Of a stretch of 12,922 bases of DNA, positions 7,388 to 12,922 are shown one piece after another. The position numbers and the translations under genes were made by a program. The notes below the pieces were generated by a model. That model did not search any database. It was given only the letters and a program-made list of their open reading frames with translations, and was not told the origin of the DNA. How positions within the stretch are numbered: the stretch's first letter is position 1; each line of letters begins with the position of its first letter. Location: assembly GCA_048882045.1 (NCBI GenBank), contig JBHLRZ010000050.1, positions 1 to 12,922 of the forward strand, in the 5' to 3' direction. The DNA is from Candidatus Thorarchaeota archaeon. GTDB taxonomy: Archaea; Asgardarchaeota; Thorarchaeia; Thorarchaeales; Thorarchaeaceae.

Positions 7388-7798
7388 GTGTTTTACCTTA
7401 TCAAGAACCAATATCTTCGGCAGAGCCAAGAGCTTGCCATATGCTCTTCCCTTGAATCTGAGTTTTCTCTTTCCGAAACGGTTCTTCTTCATCATCATGT
7501 GAGTAACAGAATATTGTCCATTACAGAAGAACATCAGATCCTCAGGATCTGCGATCAGCTCGAGATCACACTCGTCTAGAGCATCCTTAGATACTGTATA
7601 GTTGCCGCCTTCAGCAATGAGATTGATCCACAGAATCTCATCTTCTTCGACGTGAAGTCCGATGTTAATTCTGCCTTCGAAAGAGTCCAATCTTTTTGTG
7701 TTCTTTGGGTTCTCTCTCTTGTCGGCAATTATCCCATCGATTACGGACTTTATAGTCAGAAATAATGTGTCCTTCTGAGCGTCATCCATTGTTCTCAC
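7385..7798 (-). CDS. Divergent SCP2-fold-like protein
   Basis: 137 aa (GTG 7798; ATG 7789 is an alternative). The pattern WINLIAEGGNYTVSKDALDECDLELIADPEDLMFFCNGQYS...KLRFKG...KLLALPKIL parallels the SCP2 C-terminal half. Coupled to a clear SCP2 gene. The fold assignment is by eye only. Confidence 0.65.
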   Translation of the reverse strand: MRTMDDAQKDTLFLTIKSVIDGIIADKRENPKNTKRLDSFEGRINIGLHVEEDEILWINLIAEGGNYTVSKDALDECDLELIADPEDLMFFCNGQYSVTHMMMKKNRFGKRKLRFKGRAYGKLLALPKILVLDKVKH

Positions 7799-7856
7799 GT
7801 TTCAACTGACATTTGTGAACGCCCATTTCAATATTGTCTTTGACGGATACATTGAT

Positions 7857-8003
7857 TCAGTAGCAAGAACCATAGACGCTTCTCCACAGGCGAACCTCGA
7901 TACAGCTCCTATGTTTCTCTCTCTCTTTGATGAGCTTTTCTGATTTAGGATCTGCATACCTTTCTTCCTGCGTAGGCATATCGGACCACATAGCATAGGA
8001 CAT
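7857..8003 (-). CDS. Putative 48-aa small protein
   Basis: ATG 8003 to TGA 7857: MSYAMWSDMPTQEERYADPKSEKLIKEREKHRSCIEVRLWRSVYGSCY. It is shorter than any ORF in the track, has purine-rich coding-like codons and a charged helical core, and fills otherwise empty space co-oriented with the operon. Confidence 0.5.
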   Translation of the reverse strand: MSYAMWSDMPTQEERYADPKSEKLIKEREKHRSCIEVRLWRSVYGSCY

Positions 8004-8104
8004 ACACACTACCGTATATCAGGTTCACTCGGTCGACGCGAGCTATCTTCAGGTACATATCTGTCAAACGAAATACCAAGCATATTGCCCCATCAGTCCG
8101 TGCA

Positions 8105-8210
8105 ATTACAGGTTATGATTTCAATTAAAGAACAGTTTCGATTAAATAACACTCTGGCCTCCCGAAAAATGCTCGAAATGATAGAATAATTGACAACAAT
8201 GTTAAATGGA
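8105..8210. promoter_or_regulatory. AT-rich divergent promoter region with a TATA-like element (ATTAAATA, 8141-8148)
   Basis: Non-coding AT-rich stretch between divergent transcription units. Which gene the box serves cannot be determined from sequence. Confidence 0.35.
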
Positions 8211-8333
8211 AAGTGAGCGTATTCTAACAAACTGTTGCGAGGGAGAATTCTAACCTCTGTGACATTGAATTCGAGTAACTAACAACCTAGACGTAAGCAT
8301 CGACCACGTTCGTCGCAACGAGGAGAGTTTCCT

Positions 8334-11300
8334 ATGTTGAGGAATAGTCGAGTTTGTCTACTTGTTGTTACATTTGGTTTCATGTTGATCTTGATTGGTA
8401 CCGCGTCTATCGTTACTCCCGTTGTCGATGTCAATAGAGTGTTTCAATCTCCGAGAGAAAATATCTTAGGTCCAGAGATAGATCCTGTGATTCTCGCTTC
8501 TCACACTTCACATGACCCAATCCGTATCGAAGGTGACGCTGACTTTGCCGCACAGGCTTCTGCAGAGGGGTGGCCTGGTACTGGAATAGAAGTAAATCCC
8601 TATGTGATTGAAGGACTCAGGATTGAAATCACAAGCGCCAATCAGAATGGTATTTTGATCCTTGATACAACTGTTCACTTCGAGATTAGAAATTGCTACT
8701 TCACAGGTGCACATGGCACAGACGAATATGGAGCTGTCAGTGGCATCCATCTTCTTCATGCTTCAAATGGGTATATTTTTGGTAATCTCTTCGTAGATAA
8801 TGGAGTAGGCATTGGATTAGGTGTTGTAGATCCTGATATTTCTGGGCTTGAGTCCAACATGAACCGCATCGAGGAGAACAATTTCACCAACAGCGGCATA
8901 GGTATTGCAGTCTTCTGGTCCTCAAACAACGAGTTATTGGGAAACTGGTTTAGAGAGAGTGAAATCTTCCTCTGGAATGCCTTTGATAACGTTATAGACT
9001 CCAACATTGGCGCTCCTGGATGGATTTCACTTCTTGGCTCTTCAATGAACACTATCAATGGAAATGATCTTGGCATGGGAGGTCAAATTACAGTCTTACA
9101 AATCGACTCTCCATATATAGTAGGCTCCGATGACAATACAATTACGAACAATGTGGTTTCAGGGATTGATCTTTATGAGTCGGATTACAACCTAGTTGAT
9201 ACAAATACTATCTCTCTAGGTAATGATGGAATTTACATCTCTAGATGTATAGGCACAACAATCACGAACAACAAAGTATTCCTCTGCAACTCGGGAATAC
9301 GGGTCGATGAATCTGGACGGACAGTCATCTCCAACAATGGGATTATGAATAACGGCCAAGGTCTTGTCCTATATGGCAGTCGAGACACTGATGTCAATGG
9401 AAACGGGTTCATCCATAATGATGTAAATGCTGAGGTGGCTGGTTCACTTGGTGGCGAGGTCCTTCATAACAACTACTGGTTTGATTATACAGGGGTCGAT
9501 GCCAATGATGATGGCATCGGGGACACTCCTTATGTTGGTGTGGGTTTTGAAGACCTGACTCCCCTGATTCGACACAGCTACTATCGCATGGAAATCACAA
9601 TTGATGGTGATCTTGATTTCGAAACACAAGCACTAGCAGAAGGATGGTCCGGTGATGGATCGAGCAGTCACCCTTACATCATCGAAAACTACTGGATATC
9701 TGCTGAAGATTATGGTCATGGCATCAGTATAAAGAATCTCTTTTCCTCAGAGTTTGTTATTCGCAATTGCTACCTAATATCTGGTATTTATGGAGTCTAT
9801 CTAGATGAAGTAGAAACTGTTGCGCATGTGGAGGACTGCACTTTCTTCCTTAATGAATATGGAATCTATGGGAAGACCCTGATGAATAACGAGGGTTATA
9901 CGTACATCATGAGGAGTGATTTCTACTACAACAATATCGCAGTGTACCAATCCATGAGAGGCGCTGGAATCTACGAAAATAATTTCGTCGAAAGTGTTGC
10001 TGGTGTTTACATAGAATGGACAATGCTACCTGTGGACCTTGTTCAAAATGTATTCTCAGAGATTCAGGGAAACGCAATCCATCTCTATGAATCAATTGTC
10101 AACGAAATTAGGGAGAACCAAATCTCTTCCTTGGAAGGGTATGGTATTCTCTTGGATGCTTGCGAAAAGGCTTATGGTTCAGCCATCCTAGGTAACTTCG
10201 TGCTGAATAGCCAATATGGTATCTATCTAACTCAAGGAGCAGGTAGTTTAGAAACTCGAGATTTTTGGGTAGCAAATAACATGTTTAGGGGTGTCATTGC
10301 CGATGCTGTCGACGATGGTCTTGGAAATATCTTTGAAACCAATGTGTTTTGGAGCTATAGTGGAACTGACGATAATCAAGACGGTATCGGTGACACATCT
10401 TACATCCTAGAAGGAACAGCAGGCAATCAAGATTCATACCCATTAATGGGGTTGTGGTGGCAAACTCCTCCATCTGACCAAATGATTGACCTCGGGCAGT
10501 CATTTGAGTACGACCTTGACTTCGAGCCTTATGTACTTTATATTGGACCCTCTTTCGAGGAGTACTTTTGGACAGGTCAGGTCTGGTCCATAAGTGATAC
10601 TGAACATTTTATGATTGACAGTCAAGGCACCATCACTAATATCGCACCGCTCTCTGGAGGAATCTATCCTCTCGAGGTGACTGTCAGGGGTGGTGGCGTA
10701 CTGAGAGGAGAATTTACACTGACTGTCATTGCTCCAAACACTCCTCCTGTGGCTGCAGATGATGCCTACGAAACAAACGAGGATGAGATACTGATAGTTC
10801 CAGCTCCTGGCATACTGCTTAATGATGATGATGTGGATTACGATCCGCTTGAGATATACTACACAATACCCGCCCTGATAGGTGGGCTCTCTGTCAATCC
10901 AGATGGCTCTTTCACTTACGAACCTGCTCCAGATTGGTTTGGAGAGGAATCCTTCACGTATGTGCTATTTGATGGAACCGATTACAGTAACGAGGCAACT
11001 GTGACAATCACTGTCTTACCAGTGAACGATCTTCCTGTTGCAGTAGATGATGCTTATTCAGTTGATGAGGACAATCAGCTGGTCGTTTCCATGCCTGGAG
11101 TCTTGCTGAATGACTTTGATGTAGATGGAGATCCCTTCGCAGGAATCTCGATTGTCATTGGCCCCTCCAATGGTGCGCTTGAACTCTTTGCAGATGGGTC
11201 TTTCGTATATACCCCCGGTCCAGATTTCTCTGGAATTGATATGTTCACCTATATTGTATCTGAAACTGGTGGTGGTCCAACTAGCAATATAGCCACAGTA

Positions 11301-12922
11301 ACCATCACAGTGAACCCGGTGAATGATGCTCCTGTAGCAGATGCTGGAGGTTCTTATTTTGCTGATGAAGGGTCATCGATAACATTTGATGCATCCAGTT
11401 CCAGTGATGCAGACGGAGATCAACTACAGTTTCGATGGGACTTTGATGGTGATGGGAATTGGGATACAGAGTGGAGTACTGATCCCACAGCATCATACAC
11501 TTGGGAGGATGACTTTGTTGGTGCAGTTACAGTGAATGTCACTGATGGCGAATTCTTCATCATAGCATCTGCAACTGTGACTGTCTACAATGTTGCCCCC
11601 TCTGTTGATGCAGGTGAAGATCAGACAATCAATGAAGGTGATAGTATTGACTTTAGTGGATCCTTCACGGATTTGGGGATTCTCGATACTCATTCGATAG
11701 TTTGGGACTTTGGTGATGGTTCACCAGTTGCTGCAGAAACTCTCTCGCCTTCCCATGTGTTTTCAGACCCTGGAGTCTATCTCGTCACTCTGACAGTGAC
11801 AGATGATGATGAAGGCGTTGGTGTCGATTCATTAACTATAACAGTTCTTGACTTGACTCCACCAATGACTACTGCGAGCTTAGACAGACTTCCTGATTTT
11901 GCTGGTTGGTACCATTCAGGTGTCATCGTTACACTAGAATTTACAGATACAGGATCTGGTGTGGCAACAACTGCCTACAGATATGAGGGAATTCCGTGGA
12001 CTGAGTACACTGGACCGTTCATTTTTTCGCTAGAGGGAGGAAAGATACTAGAATTCAATTCAACTGACTTTGCTGGAAATGTGGAATTAACAAAAACTCT
12101 GGAGATTCTGATTGATAAGATGGCTCCTGTACCTACTATTTCTCTGGATGGGGTTTTGGGTGAAGATAATTGGTACATCTCAGATGTAACAGTGACATAT
12201 TCTGTAGCGGATGGGGATTCTGGAGTGGGGTGGTGTTATTTCGTGTTCTACAATGCTCAGGGAACTGAGTGGAATCTTGAAGAAACCTACTATGATGGAT
12301 TAGCTAGTGCTGAATTCATCCTTACAACTTCTCTAGAAAGCGGAGAACTATGGGCTTGGATGAATGTTTCTGATGTTGCAGGAAACTGGGTTATTGATGA
12401 ATTAGTTTTCAAGGTCGATAAGACCCCTCCTGAAACTTTGATGACAATCGAATCCTCTCAATGGGGAATGGAAGATTCGGGCATTATCTGGACTAAATAT
12501 CCAGTCACTCTATGTTTTGACTGGGAGTTCTCTTCGGATGCCACATCCGGATTTGCATTGGTTGATGACACTGTTCATCCAAATCTCTATGGTGTGATGT
12601 ACCGAATTGACGGTGGAGAATGGGTCTATCTGAATGAGGAACAGATCAATCCATGGCTGATTGGTGATCCCTGGATGTTATACCCAGAGTTTCAAGGCCG
12701 AATTCCATTAACCACAATGAACTCAGAAGGACTCCACATCATTCAATGGTCCTCAATAGATGTCGCTGGTAATGTCGAGCCAATTCATGAGGTCACCTTT
12801 GGAATAGATATGACCATTCCTAATGTGATTCCGACAATCAGTGGTTCACAAAACGAAGGTTGGTTCAGTACAGATGTCAACGTGAAATTCTCTGCCACAG
12901 ATTCACTGTCTGGACTGGTTGA
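8334..12922 (+). CDS. Large secreted/cell-surface protein: signal peptide, 2x right-handed beta-helix (NosD/CASH-like), cadherin/Ig-like repeats, 2x PKD, Ig-like (OmpL47-type) repeats; 3' end lies outside the window
   Basis: Not in the ORF track because it has no stop in the window. ATG 8334 follows SD GAGGAG (8320-8325). N-terminus MLRNSRVCLLVVTFGFMLILIGTAS is signal-like. The same frame is open to the end of the window (...FSATDSLSGLV), 1529 codons. Motifs include GWPGTGIEVNPYVIE, NNYWFDYTGVDANDDGIGDTPY, NTPPVAADDAY...DGSFTYEP, WDFDGDG, WDFGDG and D.AGN. Confidence 0.92.
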   Translation, partial: MLRNSRVCLLVVTFGFMLILIGTASIVTPVVDVNRVFQSPRENILGPEIDPVILASHTSHDPIRIEGDADFAAQASAEGWPGTGIEVNPYVIEGLRIEITSANQNGILILDTTVHFEIRNCYFTGAHGTDEYGAVSGIHLLHASNGYIFGNLFVDNGVGIGLGVVDPDISGLESNMNRIEENNFTNSGIGIAVFWSSNNELLGNWFRESEIFLWNAFDNVIDSNIGAPGWISLLGSSMNTINGNDLGMGGQITVLQIDSPYIVGSDDNTITNNVVSGIDLYESDYNLVDTNTISLGNDGIYISRCIGTTITNNKVFLCNSGIRVDESGRTVISNNGIMNNGQGLVLYGSRDTDVNGNGFIHNDVNAEVAGSLGGEVLHNNYWFDYTGVDANDDGIGDTPYVGVGFEDLTPLIRHSYYRMEITIDGDLDFETQALAEGWSGDGSSSHPYIIENYWISAEDYGHGISIKNLFSSEFVIRNCYLISGIYGVYLDEVETVAHVEDCTFFLNEYGIYGKTLMNNEGYTYIMRSDFYYNNIAVYQSMRGAGIYENNFVESVAGVYIEWTMLPVDLVQNVFSEIQGNAIHLYESIVNEIRENQISSLEGYGILLDACEKAYGSAILGNFVLNSQYGIYLTQGAGSLETRDFWVANNMFRGVIADAVDDGLGNIFETNVFWSYSGTDDNQDGIGDTSYILEGTAGNQDSYPLMGLWWQTPPSDQMIDLGQSFEYDLDFEPYVLYIGPSFEEYFWTGQVWSISDTEHFMIDSQGTITNIAPLSGGIYPLEVTVRGGGVLRGEFTLTVIAPNTPPVAADDAYETNEDEILIVPAPGILLNDDDVDYDPLEIYYTIPALIGGLSVNPDGSFTYEPAPDWFGEESFTYVLFDGTDYSNEATVTITVLPVNDLPVAVDDAYSVDEDNQLVVSMPGVLLNDFDVDGDPFAGISIVIGPSNGALELFADGSFVYTPGPDFSGIDMFTYIVSETGGGPTSNIATVTITVNPVNDAPVADAGGSYFADEGSSITFDASSSSDADGDQLQFRWDFDGDGNWDTEWSTDPTASYTWEDDFVGAVTVNVTDGEFFIIASATVTVYNVAPSVDAGEDQTINEGDSIDFSGSFTDLGILDTHSIVWDFGDGSPVAAETLSPSHVFSDPGVYLVTLTVTDDDEGVGVDSLTITVLDLTPPMTTASLDRLPDFAGWYHSGVIVTLEFTDTGSGVATTAYRYEGIPWTEYTGPFIFSLEGGKILEFNSTDFAGNVELTKTLEILIDKMAPVPTISLDGVLGEDNWYISDVTVTYSVADGDSGVGWCYFVFYNAQGTEWNLEETYYDGLASAEFILTTSLESGELWAWMNVSDVAGNWVIDELVFKVDKTPPETLMTIESSQWGMEDSGIIWTKYPVTLCFDWEFSSDATSGFALVDDTVHPNLYGVMYRIDGGEWVYLNEEQINPWLIGDPWMLYPEFQGRIPLTTMNSEGLHIIQWSSIDVAGNVEPIHEVTFGIDMTIPNVIPTISGSQNEGWFSTDVNVKFSATDSLSGLV
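10737..11321 (+). repeat. Two tandem ~96-99-aa cadherin-like / Big_9 (tandem-95) repeats within the surface protein
   Basis: Repeat 1 from 10737: NTPPVAADDAYETNED...PGILLNDDDVDYDPL...DGSFTYEPAPDWFGEESFTY...SNEATVTITV. Repeat 2 from 11025: NDLPVAVDDAYSVDED...PGVLLNDFDVDGDPF...DGSFVYTPGPDFSGIDMFTY...SNIATVTITV. Confidence 0.85.
11322..11849 (+). repeat. Two PKD domains within the surface protein
   Basis: NDAPVADAGG...FDASSSSDADGD...WDFDGDG (Trp at 11436) and NVAPSVDAG...WDFGDG (Trp at 11703)...HVFSDPGVYLVTLTVTDDD. Confidence 0.85.
11850..12922 (+). repeat. At least four Ig-like (OmpL47-type) repeats within the surface protein
   Basis: Units begin DLTPP (11850), DKMAP (12114), DKTPP (12417) and DMTIP (12807). 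All four contain D..SG; the three complete units also contain D.AGN. Confidence 0.75.

Noticed and set aside
7385-7400. C-terminal VKH of the SCP2-like protein as a PTS1-like peroxisomal signal
   Set aside because: It does not match the [SAC][KRH][LM] consensus, and the host is a prokaryote.
2155-7579. Many plus-strand ORFs and 5845..6036- within the operon
   Set aside because: They overlap genes with strong family motifs and show no independent coding signal.
7915-7927. (CT)n microsatellite as a phase-variation tract
   Set aside because: It is short and is explained by the GAG AGA GAG codons (ERE) of the small ORF.
7802-7996. 64-aa track ORF, in frame with the SCP2-like gene across one TGA (possible selenocysteine readthrough)
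   Set aside because: The context (FTNVS*NVRT) is not a redox motif, no SECIS element was recognisable, the SCP2-like protein looks complete without it, and the overlapping 48-aa ORF is more protein-like. In-frame adjacency occurs one time in three by chance.
7799-8333. CRISPR array, tRNA or IS ends in the long intergenic region
   Set aside because: No regularly spaced 25-40-nt repeats, no cloverleaf or T-loop signature and no long terminal inverted repeats were found.
8508-12178. Minus-strand track ORFs opposite the surface protein
   Set aside because: Antisense shadows of a long motif-rich ORF.
8334-12922. Apparently lower GC in the surface-protein gene as evidence of horizontal transfer
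   Set aside because: Judged by eye only and explainable by the Asn/Ile/Asp/Tyr-rich composition. No integrase, transposase or flanking repeats were seen.

Overview
Archaeal-looking window, probably Asgard/Thorarchaeota-like. That assignment is inferred from protein families and GAGGTGA-type ribosome-binding sites, not from a marker gene. From left to right: (1) a minus-strand Ord/DapB-like NAD(P)-dependent amine or diaminopentanoate dehydrogenase that runs off the left edge and is missing from the ORF track; (2) a divergent polytopic membrane protein of unknown family; (3) a tightly coupled six-gene minus-strand operon encoding SCP2-like, SCP2, tungsten aldehyde:ferredoxin oxidoreductase, acyl-CoA ligase, double-hotdog MaoC hydratase and a GNAT; (4) a probable 48-aa small protein below the track's size cutoff; (5) a >1500-aa secreted surface protein that runs off the right edge and is also missing from the track, built from two beta-helix modules, cadherin/Ig-like repeats, PKD domains and further Ig-like repeats. 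The best candidate for an undescribed system is the operon. It looks like an anaerobic, lipid-carrier-assisted module linking a hydrophobic aldehyde, its acid and the acyl-CoA, and its parts mirror the hydratase-2 + SCP2 domains fused in eukaryotic peroxisomal MFE-2. No rRNA, tRNA, CRISPR array or mobile element was seen. All family calls come from motif recognition by eye; no searches were run.
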